From Planctomycetota bacterium (lineage in GTDB: Bacteria; Planctomycetota; UBA11346), in the NCBI GenBank assembly GCA_038231435.1, contig JBBRLJ010000001.1:192001-256000 (forward strand): a DNA stretch of 64,000 bases. The letters run 5' to 3'. The notes under the pieces are model-generated. The model was not told the origin of the DNA, did not search any database, and worked only from the letters and a program-made list of their open reading frames with translations. Shown here piece after piece: positions 1 through 8,637 of this stretch. The translations under genes were made by a program, and so were the position numbers. Each line of letters begins with the position of its first letter. Position 1 is the first letter of the stretch.

Positions 1-613
1 GCATGTGGTAGAAGGCGTCTCCGCCGCCGCGCTGCAGGCCGCTGCGGTCGCACAGCTGGTCGAAGAGCTTCTCGAGCCCGTAGCGGCGGAACCACGAGGG
101 CGTCTCGTAGCAGAACAGCGCGTCGACCAGCTTGTCCACGCTCGAGACCGCGATGGGCGCGCCATTGCAACGGGCACCGCCATCACGGACGGCGTCGTAG
201 AGCTCGCCCAACGCGGGCAGCTTCACCGCGCTCGCCACCACCCGGCGCCCGTGCGCGTCCTCGATTTCGCACGCCACCAGCGTCGACCACAGCGGGATGC
301 CGCGCACGAAGTTGCGGGTGCCATCGATCGGATCGACGATCCAGCGCCGGCCGGTGTCGCGACCAGGCGAACTGCCCGCGGCCTCGCCGCTCTCCTCGCC
401 GTGCCAGGCATCGTCGGGGAACGCCGCCGAGATCACCGCGCGGCACGCCGCCTCGGCCTCGCGATCGGCGCGCGTGACCGGGCTCTCGTCGCTCTTCCAC
501 TCGACGCGCAGATCGGCCCTGCGGAAATGGGCGGCGGCGGCGCGGCCCCCGGCCTCGGCCGCGGCCATCGCCACCGCGCGCAACTGCCACCACAAGGTCG
601 GGGTCTCGCTCAT
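1..613 (-). CDS. Inositol monophosphatase family protein (histidinol-phosphatase HisN-like), 3' end truncated by window edge
   Basis: Manual translation (absent from the ORF track): MSETPTLWW...KSDESPVTRADREAE...GEE...WIVDPIDGTRNFVRGIPLWSTLVA, the IMPase signature motifs. Confidence 0.85.
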   Translation of the reverse strand, partial: MSETPTLWWQLRAVAMAAAEAGGRAAAAHFRRADLRVEWKSDESPVTRADREAEAACRAVISAAFPDDAWHGEESGEAAGSSPGRDTGRRWIVDPIDGTRNFVRGIPLWSTLVACEIEDAHGRRVVASAVKLPALGELYDAVRDGGARCNGAPIAVSSVDKLVDALFCYETPSWFRRYGLEKLFDQLCDRSGLQRGGGDAFYHM

Positions 614-739
614 GCCCGCATGATCCGCGTGAGCGGGCCGCTACAAGGCGCCACAGCCAGGCACGGGTGCGTGGCATGCCCGCCCGTCGGACGACCCCGA
701 CCCAGGGGACATTCCGCCGCACGCCGCTAGGCTTGCGGC

Positions 740-1705
740 ATGACCGACAACCTGCGCGCTGGCGCCGAGGTGCTCGGCTACGTCATCGAACGCCTGCTCG
801 GACGCGGCGGCATGGGCACCGTCTACCTGGCGCGCCAGCAATCGCTCAACCGCCCGGTGGCGCTCAAGATCCTGCATCCGCACCAGCTGCGCAATCCGGC
901 CGCGATCGATGACTTCCTGCGCGAAGCCCGCGCCACCGCGCGCCTGAACCATCAGCACCTCGTCGTCTGCCACGACGCCCAGGCCGATGCGGTGAACCGC
1001 ATCTACTGCTACTCGATGGAGTACTGCCCGGGTCAGACCGTCACCCAGTTGATGAAGGCCGACGGGGTGCTCAAGCGCGCCATGGCGCTGCACATCACCT
1101 ACCAGATCGCGTCCGCGCTCGGGTATGCCCATCAGCACGGCCTGGTGCACCGCGACGTGAAGCCCGACAACATCCTGGTGAACACCAACGGCGTGGCGAA
1201 GCTGCTGGATCTTGGGCTGGTCCGCGATCGGCTCGGAGGAGCCGCGGCGACCTCGAGCGGCCGCAAGCTCACGATCGTCGGCACGCCCGAGTTCAGCGCC
1301 CCCGAGCAGAGCCGGAATCCCGATCTCGCCTCGCCTGCTAGCGACGTCTACAGCCTCGGCGCCACCCTCTTCTACATGCTCACCGGCCGGCCTCCCTTCA
1401 TGGGCGACACGGTCATCGACCAGATCGTGCGCGCAGCGACCGATCAGATCCAGTATCCCGAGATCATCCCGCCTGACTGCCGCGCGCTGCTGGGCCTGAT
1501 GCTGGCGCGTACCGCCGATGATCGCCTGCCCCACGGAGCCGCGGTGGTGGCCGCGCTCGAAGCCCTCGCCCAGGGCCGCACCCCGGTCCTGCCCGACAAG
1601 CGCCTCGAGACTGAAACCGCCCAGGCCGACGAAGCCATCGAGGACGGCCCCGACGACGGTTCGCCGGTGAAGCGCAAGCGCATGCGCAGGCTTCGGCGCC
1701 GCTGA
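740..1705 (+). CDS. Serine/threonine protein kinase (Hanks type), cytoplasmic
   Basis: GRGGMGTVY, VALK, HRDVKPDN, DLG, GTPEFSAPEQ, DVYSLG; basic C-terminal tail. Confidence 0.95.
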   Translation: MTDNLRAGAEVLGYVIERLLGRGGMGTVYLARQQSLNRPVALKILHPHQLRNPAAIDDFLREARATARLNHQHLVVCHDAQADAVNRIYCYSMEYCPGQTVTQLMKADGVLKRAMALHITYQIASALGYAHQHGLVHRDVKPDNILVNTNGVAKLLDLGLVRDRLGGAAATSSGRKLTIVGTPEFSAPEQSRNPDLASPASDVYSLGATLFYMLTGRPPFMGDTVIDQIVRAATDQIQYPEIIPPDCRALLGLMLARTADDRLPHGAAVVAALEALAQGRTPVLPDKRLETETAQADEAIEDGPDDGSPVKRKRMRRLRRR

Positions 1706-1710
1706 CTTTT

Positions 1711-1806
1711 TGTTGGGGGGCTACGGCCCCCCAACATCGCGCTCCGCGCTGCCCCCCGGACGGCGGGGAGCGGGAGGGTTTGGGAGCTGGCGCCGGAGCG
1801 CTGCTC
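1711..1806 (+). repeat. REP-like ~95-bp repeat, copy 1
   Basis: TGTTGGGGGGC-TACG-GCCCCCCAACA hairpin followed by TCGCGCTCCGCGCTGCCCCCC...GGGTTTGGGAGC...GCGCTGCTC. Confidence 0.85.
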
Positions 1807-1821
1807 TTCCATGCAACACGA

Positions 1822-1915
1822 GTGAGGGCTACGGCCCCCCACCATCGCGCTCCGCGCTGCCTCCCGGACGGCGGGGAGCGGGAGGGTTTGGGAGCTGGCG
1901 CCGGGGGCGCTGCTC
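1822..1915 (+). repeat. REP-like repeat, copy 2 (tandem direct copy)
   Basis: Near-identical to copy 1, with a degenerate left hairpin arm. Confidence 0.85.
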
Positions 1916-1927
1916 ATCGATTATCTG

Positions 1928-2380
1928 TCATTCGCGGGATTTGGTATCGATCAGGATCGTCACCGGGCCGTCGTTGATCAGGGAGACGGCCATGTCGGCG
2001 CCGAATTCGCCGGTGGCTACGGGGCGGGCGCTGTCGGCGGCGAGACGGGCGACGAAGGCCTGGTACAGGGGCAGGGCGTGCTCGGGGCGGGCGGCGCGGG
2101 TGAAGGCGGGGCGGTTGCCCTTCGCGGTGCTGGCGAACAGGGTGAACTGGCTGACCACCAGCAGGGAGCCCTCGACGTCCGTCACCGAGCGGTTCATCAG
2201 GCCGTAGGCGTCGTCGAACACGCGCAGGCGGCTGATCTTGCCCGCAAGCCACTCGATGTCCTCTGGCCCGTCCGCGGCTTCGACCCCGAGCAGCACCAGC
2301 AGACCCGGTCCGATAGTGGAGCGGATCTGCCCACCGGTGGCGACCGAGGCCTGGGCAACCCGCTGCACGACCGCGCGCAT
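1928..2380 (-). CDS. dtd: D-aminoacyl-tRNA deacylase
   Basis: [31 protein letters not shown] motifs. Confidence 0.97.
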   Translation of the reverse strand: MRAVVQRVAQASVATGGQIRSTIGPGLLVLLGVEAADGPEDIEWLAGKISRLRVFDDAYGLMNRSVTDVEGSLLVVSQFTLFASTAKGNRPAFTRAARPEHALPLYQAFVARLAADSARPVATGEFGADMAVSLINDGPVTILIDTKSRE

Positions 2381-2401
2381 CACCAGGCTCCGGAAACGAA
2401 G

Positions 2402-2423
2402 CACCCGCCGAGGTCGGCGGGTG
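2402..2423 (-). terminator. GC-rich hairpin downstream of tRNA-Ala (terminator or processing stem)
   Basis: CACCCGCCG-AGGT-CGGCGGGTG inverted repeat; weak U tract. Confidence 0.45.
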
Positions 2424-2426
2424 GTG

Positions 2427-2502
2427 TGGTGGAGGTAAGGAGATTCGAACTCCTGACCTTTTGAATGCCATTCAAACGCTCTACCAACTGAGCTATACCC
2501 CC
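2427..2502 (-). tRNA. tRNA-Ala (GGC)
   Basis: GGGGGTATAGCTCAGTTGGTAGAGCG-TTTGA-ATGGCAT-TCAAA...GTTCGAATC...TACCTCCACCA; G3:U70 pair; CCA encoded. Confidence 0.97.
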
Positions 2503-2711
2503 CTGCAACACTCCTTCATCGCTCCCGACGTGGCGGTGCCAGCCGTGAAAAACCACGGAAATCACCGTTCGGCGGGAGGTCGGAAAGTATGGGCGACGGA
2601 TCAGTGGGCAAGCAGTTTCCGCGCGTGTCCCGATGACGCAAACGCGAGTTGCTTGTAGTCTTGTGTCCGAATCCCGCTGTGACTACCATGGTCGCGACAC
2701 GGGGGATTCCG

Positions 2712-4319
2712 ATGCTGCGTCATCTCTCCATCATGCCGGCTTTCCTGCCGCTGCTGCTCGTCTCCGGCGGCTGCTGGGCGGCGGACCAGCAGCGCACGGT
2801 CGACGGTCCATGGACCGAGACGTTCACCATGGAGATCAAGGACAGCGAACGCACCTTCGTCGTCCACAACGGCGCCAGCTACCTGGTGACCAAGCCCGAG
2901 GACTTCACCGATCGCGCGTTCCTCCTCGAGAAGGACGTGATGGTCGCCGCCAAGTTCGAGCGCGGCCAATCCGACCACGTCAGCCTCTACGGTCTCGAGG
3001 ACATCGACGTCCGCGCCAGCGCGGAGTCGTGGAGCACCAAGCTCGACGGCGACAACCTCTACGTGTTCGGGCACATGTCCTCCGACCCCGAGACCGGCAA
3101 GCCGGCCTTGCGCGTCGCCGGCATCGAGCCCGCGCCATCCGACATGCAGGTCATCGCCGCCCGCATGAAGGACATCGCCAAAGATGACTGGGAAGACCGC
3201 CTCGCCGTCGCGGCGTGGGCGCGCGACCAGGGAGCGACCCAGGGCAACAAGGAGTTCTGGCTGCAGGCCGCCGATGATCTGCTGACCAAGATCATCACCG
3301 ACGCCGCGACGCAGGCCGAGTCGAAGAAGGATTTCCCGCTGGTGCTCAAGGCGATCGATTGGGCGGTCGATCTGCAGCACGACGCGATCCGCGCTGGCCG
3401 CATCGGCAGCGCCGTCTGGATCCGCGCCCACGGCGGGAAGGAGGCCGAGGAGGTCTCGAAGCGCATGCACCGCCTGGGCTTCGAATTCTACCGCGAACAA
3501 TGGCGCCCACGCGCGGAAGCCCTGGGCCTGGAATACGACGACCGTTTCGCCGCCATCCCCTGGAAGGACGCGGACGGCTTCTACAAGCTCGGCCGTTGGG
3601 CCGACTCGAACGCCGAGACCCTGCCGCAAGCCAAGGATCGGAGCTACCGCGCGTACCAGGCAGGAGCCAAGGCCAATCCCGACCATCCGGGCATCCGACG
3701 CGAACTCGGCCTGGACGTCGCCGGGGCGGACGATGCGAGCACGTCAGGCGCCGACGCGGGCCAACGCCGCTACGAGTACAAGGATTCCGAGACTGGCATC
3801 CTGGTGCGCTCACCCCCCGGCTGGCGCCGCGCCGAATCGAGCCGCGACGGCGTGCGCTGGGAGGATCCGAACAGCGACACCTCGTATATCACTGTGCGCT
3901 TCCTACCCGCGAGCACTGCCGCCATAGACGACCTTTGGTCGTCGCTCACCGCTCCTGTTCGCGCCTTGCCTGGCTTCGCAGCTGCTTCCGAGGACGCTCC
4001 CGAGCGCCAAGGCGGCAAGATCCGCGTTCTGCGCTACTCGTTCTCCGAAGGTCATCTGACCCGCTTCGGCCAGACCGTCCTGGTCACCGACGATCAGAGC
4101 CGGTTAGGCCTGGTCAGCGAAGCCAGCTTCATCGACGAAGAGAAGGACAAGGCGCTGAAGGCCCTCGCCGACAGCATCGAGCGCATCGACTTCCCGAAGA
4201 ACACGGGTGACAAAGATGCGAAGTCGAAGGGCAAGGGCGATGTGAAGGGAAAAGGCGCGCACGGCAAGAAGAGCGATTCGTCCGAGCCAGAGACCGAAGC
4301 GGAACCGGCCGCGAAGTAG
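2712..4319 (+). CDS. Exported hypothetical protein (signal peptide, helical middle region, Lys-rich tail)
   Basis: Long ORF with strong GC3 bias and hydrophobic N-terminus; start codon uncertain. Confidence 0.8.
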   Translation: MLRHLSIMPAFLPLLLVSGGCWAADQQRTVDGPWTETFTMEIKDSERTFVVHNGASYLVTKPEDFTDRAFLLEKDVMVAAKFERGQSDHVSLYGLEDIDVRASAESWSTKLDGDNLYVFGHMSSDPETGKPALRVAGIEPAPSDMQVIAARMKDIAKDDWEDRLAVAAWARDQGATQGNKEFWLQAADDLLTKIITDAATQAESKKDFPLVLKAIDWAVDLQHDAIRAGRIGSAVWIRAHGGKEAEEVSKRMHRLGFEFYREQWRPRAEALGLEYDDRFAAIPWKDADGFYKLGRWADSNAETLPQAKDRSYRAYQAGAKANPDHPGIRRELGLDVAGADDASTSGADAGQRRYEYKDSETGILVRSPPGWRRAESSRDGVRWEDPNSDTSYITVRFLPASTAAIDDLWSSLTAPVRALPGFAAASEDAPERQGGKIRVLRYSFSEGHLTRFGQTVLVTDDQSRLGLVSEASFIDEEKDKALKALADSIERIDFPKNTGDKDAKSKGKGDVKGKGAHGKKSDSSEPETEAEPAAK

Positions 4320-4403
4320 CGACCGCTCCCGGTCCGCCGCAGCGCTCGAGAAGTTGGACGAAGCATGGGAGGGCCTGACGGCAGGCCTGCGGATCGATGC
4401 GAT

Positions 4404-4486
4404 GCCCGGGTGGCGAAATGGCAAACGCGCTCGACTTAAAATCGAGTCCTCGTAAGGGGTTGCGGGTTCGAGTCCCGCTCTGGGCA
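4404..4486 (+). tRNA. tRNA-Leu (TAA), CCA not encoded
   Basis: GCCCGGGTGGCGAAATGGCAAACGCG-CTCGA-CTTAAAA-TCGAG, long variable arm, GGTTCGAGTCCC, TCTGGGCA. Confidence 0.95.
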
Positions 4487-4527
4487 ATTTTTGATGCGGC
4501 CGCCTAACTCCGCGCTCGAATCCCGTC

Positions 4528-5088
4528 ATGCTCAGACGCAACCCACACGGCGATTTTCCCGTCGTGCCCGAATCCGCCTACGTCGATCAGACCGCGATCA
4601 TCTGCGGGAAGGTGGTGGTCGGCGAAAATGTCTTCATCGGCCCATACGCGGTGATCCGCGCGGACGAGCTCGACGATCACGGCGGGCTCGAGCCGATCAT
4701 CATCGGAGCCAACTCGAACATCCAGGATGGCGTCGTCGTCCACTCGCGCGCGGGCGGACTGGTGCGCATCGGCGAGTTCTCGTCCATCGCGCACCGCGCC
4801 ATCATCCATGGGCCGTGCATCATCGGCAATCGCGTGTTCATCGGCTTCAATAGCGTGATCTTCGATTGCGAGATCGGCGATGGGGTGGTGGTCCGCCACA
4901 ACAGCGTGGTCGAGAACTGCCATGTGCCGGCGGATTTCCACATCCCCTCGACCACCGCGGTGCACAACGACGAGGAGCTCGCGCGGATACCAAAGGTCAC
5001 GCCCGACATCAACAGCTTCTCGGAGAGCGTCGTGTTCAAGAACCTCGAACTGGTCCGCGGATACAAGAAGCTCGGCAACGAGTTTTGA
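4528..5088 (+). CDS. Gamma-class carbonic anhydrase (hexapeptide repeat)
   Basis: VIRAD, SNIQDGVVVH, IAHRAIIHGPC (three His metal ligands). Confidence 0.9.
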   Translation: MLRRNPHGDFPVVPESAYVDQTAIICGKVVVGENVFIGPYAVIRADELDDHGGLEPIIIGANSNIQDGVVVHSRAGGLVRIGEFSSIAHRAIIHGPCIIGNRVFIGFNSVIFDCEIGDGVVVRHNSVVENCHVPADFHIPSTTAVHNDEELARIPKVTPDINSFSESVVFKNLELVRGYKKLGNEF

Positions 5089-5185
5089 GCGACGCTGACG
5101 GCACCAATGCCAGGGTAAGCACGTCATCCGCCCGGGTGTTTGCCCACTCCATCCCCGGCATAGCCTAGAACGACTGGAGACGACC

Positions 5186-5890
5186 ATGGCTGCGACCTTC
5201 GCATCGAGGCACATGGATGAACTGTTCACGCGCCATTCCAGCCTGGTCCCGTGCGGTGGCGACATCATCGCTGCGTTCAAGCTCCTCGAGCGCGCGTTCA
5301 AGGCTGGCGGTACCGCCTATTTCTGCGGCAATGGCGGCAGCGCGGCTGATGCCGAGCATTGGGCTGGCGAGCTGCTGAAGGGCTTCGAGAGCAAGCGACC
5401 GGTGGGGCCGCTGGCGGCGTCACTGCCTCCAGAGATCGCCCAGGCGTTGCAGGGAGCCCTGCCGGCGGTGCCGCTCACCGGATTCCTCAGCCTGCGCACC
5501 GCATTCGCGAACGATGTCGATCCGCGGCTCGATTTCGCTCAGCTGGTATGGGGTCTCGGCCGCAAGGGCGACGTTCTCGTGGGCTTGAGCACCTCGGGGA
5601 ACGCCTACAACGTCGGCGCGGCGATGCGTGTCGCGCGCGCCAAGGGCATGGCGACGCTCGCCCTCACCGGCGAGACCGGCGGAGAACTCCGCGCCTTGTG
5701 CGACGTGACCATCCGCGTGCCGACGCGGCGCACTTGCCATGTGCAGGAAGGGCATCTGCCCATCTACCATGCGCTGTGCCTGATGCTCGAGGACGCGTTC
5801 TTTCAGTTGGGGGACTACGGCCCCCCAACATCGGCCTCCGGCCTGCCCCCCGGGAAGCAGGGAACAGGGCGCGATGCCGGGGGCACGTAA
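5186..5890 (+). CDS. gmhA: D-sedoheptulose-7-phosphate isomerase (SIS domain) with repeat-derived C-terminal tail
   Basis: CGNGGSAADAEH, AFAND, STSGNA, QEGHLPIYH. Confidence 0.88.
   Translation: MAATFASRHMDELFTRHSSLVPCGGDIIAAFKLLERAFKAGGTAYFCGNGGSAADAEHWAGELLKGFESKRPVGPLAASLPPEIAQALQGALPAVPLTGFLSLRTAFANDVDPRLDFAQLVWGLGRKGDVLVGLSTSGNAYNVGAAMRVARAKGMATLALTGETGGELRALCDVTIRVPTRRTCHVQEGHLPIYHALCLMLEDAFFQLGDYGPPTSASGLPPGKQGTGRDAGGT
5806..5869 (+). repeat. REP-like repeat, copy 3 (inside gmhA 3' end)
   Basis: GTTGGGGGACTACGGCCCCCCAACATCGGCCTCCGGCCTGCCCCCC. Confidence 0.8.
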
Positions 5891-5911
5891 ACCAAGCAGT
5901 CTATCCTTTGA

Positions 5912-6919
5912 TCAGGCCTTGGCGGCTGCGCGCTTCGGCTTGGCGGGCTTGCCGGTCTTCGCCGATTCGTAGATCGCGTCCATCAGCTCGCTCTGGACGA
6001 TGCCGTTCGCCGGCGAGGTGCGCGGCTCGGCGCGGCCAAGGATGGCGTCGATGAAGTTGTCGTTCGGCGACTGCGATTTACCGGGGATCACCGGATACTT
6101 GATCTTGTCGTTCTGGAAGACGTTGATCCAGCCACCGCCCCAGCCGTCGATGTCGACCCGGCCATTCTCGAAGATGAAATGCATCGAGCTGCTCGCCGCG
6201 ACGCAATTGCCGCTGACCACGATGCTGGCGAAGGTGCCGCTCGCGAACCGCACGTTGATCGACGAGTTGATGTCGACCGGGGTGCCGTGGTTGTCCACGA
6301 AGGCGAAGACCTCGGCGATATCGGATTCGACCGACCAGCACAGGCTGTTGAGGATGTGCGCGCCGCTGTCGTACGCCTGGCCGCCGCCAGAGAGCTCGGG
6401 CTTCTGGCGCCAGCTGCCGGCAGTCGGCTTCATCCATGCCTGCGACAGGTAGCCACTGACCAGCTCGAGCTTGCCGAAGGTCTTGTTACGGATGCAGTCG
6501 CGCAGGTAGGCGAATTCCGGAGTGCACGGCGTGTTGTAGCCGATGGTCACGATCTTGCCGGTCTTCTTGGCCTTCGCCGCCAGCGCGTGGGCCTGATCGG
6601 CCGAGGTCACCATCGGCTTTTCCATCAGCACGTGGCAGCCAGCGTCGAGCGCCTCGATGCCATGGTCGTGGTGCAGGGTGTGCGGCGTGATGATCGCCAC
6701 CGCTGCCGGCTTGGCCTTGGCGTACATCGCCGCGCGATCGGTGAACACCATCGGCTTGGTGGGATAGCCATCGAGGTGCTTCGCGATGAACGCGGTGCAG
6801 ATGGCCTCGCTGACATCGCACAGGGCGACGATCTCGACATCGGGGTTGGCGCGGAAACGCTGGGCGTGGGCTCCGGCCATGCCGCCGCAACCGAGGATGG
6901 CGACGCGAACCTTGCTCAT
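5912..6919 (-). CDS. Gfo/Idh/MocA family oxidoreductase
   Basis: GCGGMA Rossmann motif, TPHTLH, EKPM, GGG..D.G.H. Confidence 0.93.
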   Translation of the reverse strand: MSKVRVAILGCGGMAGAHAQRFRANPDVEIVALCDVSEAICTAFIAKHLDGYPTKPMVFTDRAAMYAKAKPAAVAIITPHTLHHDHGIEALDAGCHVLMEKPMVTSADQAHALAAKAKKTGKIVTIGYNTPCTPEFAYLRDCIRNKTFGKLELVSGYLSQAWMKPTAGSWRQKPELSGGGQAYDSGAHILNSLCWSVESDIAEVFAFVDNHGTPVDINSSINVRFASGTFASIVVSGNCVAASSSMHFIFENGRVDIDGWGGGWINVFQNDKIKYPVIPGKSQSPNDNFIDAILGRAEPRTSPANGIVQSELMDAIYESAKTGKPAKPKRAAAKA

Positions 6920-7006
6920 GTGGAATGCTCCGTGTGGGTGGTGCCGGCGGTGTGGCCGTCAGCGATGTGCTGCGCGGATTCTACCGTCGCGGACGAGCAC
7001 CCAGCC

Positions 7007-7050
7007 ATGTCTGGCGCGGAACCAGATGATGTCTGGTCCGGCACGAGATT
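7007..7050 (-). promoter_or_regulatory. Direct-repeat activator site candidate abutting the -35 region of the oxidoreductase promoter
   Basis: ATGTCTGG..CGG.AC.AGAT twice with 22-bp period; minus-strand -10 TAGAAT at 6978-6983. Confidence 0.4.
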
Positions 7051-7175
7051 GGCACGGCGGACGCGAATAACCGTGGAAAAACCGCCGCTACGCACGTCTG
7101 GCGCAAGAAACACGCGCCTGAGCGGAATGCCTCGCGAATCCCATGCAGACTCGCTCGGAGCCAAATGAGAATGGA

Positions 7176-7829
7176 TCAGACCATTCCCTGGACCAGTTCG
7201 AGAGCCTCGTGGAGCGAGACGCAGACGCGCAGCGCTCCGGCCGCCACCTCGGGCGATGGCTGCTTGAGATCCGGGACGATGATGCAGGCCATGCCAGCGG
7301 CGCGCGCCGCGGTGGCGCCTGGCTCCGAATCCTCGAGCACCAGGCACCTGCTCGGATCGACCGCCAAAGACCGCGCGGCGGCGAGATAGATGTCCGGAGC
7401 CGGCTTGCCGTTGGCTACCTGGTCGCCGGTGACGATGGCGCCGAATCGGCTCGCCAGCTCGCCGAGCACCAGCCGCGCTTCAGGCCCAGCGCTGGAGGTG
7501 GCGATGGCGCGCGGCAGGCCACGACGCTCGACAAAGTCGAGGAACTCGCTCGCTCCCGGCTTCAGTTCGACGCCGCGCGAGGTCACGCGCTGGTGCCAGC
7601 GCGCCTTCCACAGCTCGCGGAACCTGGGCACCGAGAATCCAGCTCCGAAGCGTTCGCCGAGTTCGGCCTCGCACAGCGCGATGCGCCGTCCGATCAGGCC
7701 CAGGTACATCTGGTCGGTGAGCTCGTGGCCGAGCTCACGCGCGGATTCCTGCCAGGAATCGCGGTACACGGGCTCGGAATCGAACAGCAGCCCATCCATG
7801 TCGAAGATCACCGCCGAGAATCCGGACAT
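7176..7829 (-). CDS. HAD-family phosphatase (beta-phosphoglucomutase-like)
   Basis: FDMDGLLFDSE, ATSS, KPAPDIY, LEDS..G. Confidence 0.92.
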   Translation of the reverse strand: MSGFSAVIFDMDGLLFDSEPVYRDSWQESARELGHELTDQMYLGLIGRRIALCEAELGERFGAGFSVPRFRELWKARWHQRVTSRGVELKPGASEFLDFVERRGLPRAIATSSAGPEARLVLGELASRFGAIVTGDQVANGKPAPDIYLAAARSLAVDPSRCLVLEDSEPGATAARAAGMACIIVPDLKQPSPEVAAGALRVCVSLHEALELVQGMV

Positions 7830-7980
7830 GCGCCACCCTCGCTCGGGGCATGGTGGCGGCAGAGCATCGCCGGCAAGCCCGCGACGGACGCCTGTCCTGG
7901 ACGGGCGCATGACGATCCCGGCCAACTGCATCAGGGTTGCTCGGCGGATTCCCCTACCGTCGTGACGGTTCCGGACTACC

Positions 7981-8637
7981 GTGCCCGCGCAGGAGCCCAG
8001 GGTGGAGGCGAGCCGTTCACTCCGCGATCCTCGCGACGATCACGCCCTGATGGCGGCGATCGCCAACGGCGACCAGTCGGCACTCGAGCAGCTCTACGAG
8101 CGCTTCAGCCCGATGGTGTACGCGCTGTGCCGGCGCGTGCTGCGCGATCCGAATGTGGCCGATGAACTGCTCGCCGACATCTTCATGGAGGTGTGGCGCA
8201 AGAGCGAGCGCTTCGACGCCAGCCGCGGCTCGGTCGTGACCTATCTCGCCACCCTCACGCGCAGCCGCGCCATCGATCGCCTGCGATCCCAGCGGCGCAC
8301 CGCCGCGGCTCCGCTGTCCGAGATCGCCGAGCCCGAGGCGAGCCCCAGCGATCCGGCCAGCGCATTGGGCGACGCCGAGCAGCGGGCGCGCGTCGCATCC
8401 GCCCTGGCACTGCTCTCCCCCGACCAACGCGCGGCCATCGACCTCGCCTACTTCTCGGGCCTGACCCAATCGCAGATCGCGCAACGCTTGAACAAGCCGC
8501 TCGGTACGGTGAAAACCCATATCCGACAAGGACTCATCCAGTTGCGCGATGTGCTGCGTATCTCTTCCGGGGATGGCCCCGGAACTGATCCTGGACGTCG
8601 GAAAAGCGCTTCGACAAGCGATGAGGTCACGCCGTGA
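7981..8637 (+). CDS. ECF RNA polymerase sigma factor (SigK-like)
   Basis: GDQSALEQLYER, FMEVWRKSERFD, LAYFSGLTQSQIA...PLGTVKTHIR. Confidence 0.93.
   Translation: MPAQEPRVEASRSLRDPRDDHALMAAIANGDQSALEQLYERFSPMVYALCRRVLRDPNVADELLADIFMEVWRKSERFDASRGSVVTYLATLTRSRAIDRLRSQRRTAAAPLSEIAEPEASPSDPASALGDAEQRARVASALALLSPDQRAAIDLAYFSGLTQSQIAQRLNKPLGTVKTHIRQGLIQLRDVLRISSGDGPGTDPGRRKSASTSDEVTP

Noticed and set aside
5..730. 241-aa plus-strand ORF
   Set aside because: Shadow of the minus-strand inositol monophosphatase family gene.
1711..1915. Paired ~95-bp repeats as CRISPR or IS ends
   Set aside because: Unit too long for CRISPR, copies are dispersed, and no transposase lies between copies.
1710..2207. 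ORFs containing GGYGPPTSRSALPP (also 50205-50405 and 50316-50573) as a small protein family
   Set aside because: They are translations of the DNA repeat and lack RBS or coding bias.
4496..4520. GCCTAAC (and AGCTAAC near 45566) as integron attC cores
   Set aside because: Only single core sites; no complementary partner or attC hairpin, and no integrase.
7050..7065. TGGCACG-N4-ACGC sigma54-like site
   Set aside because: Poor -12 box and no plus-strand gene immediately downstream.
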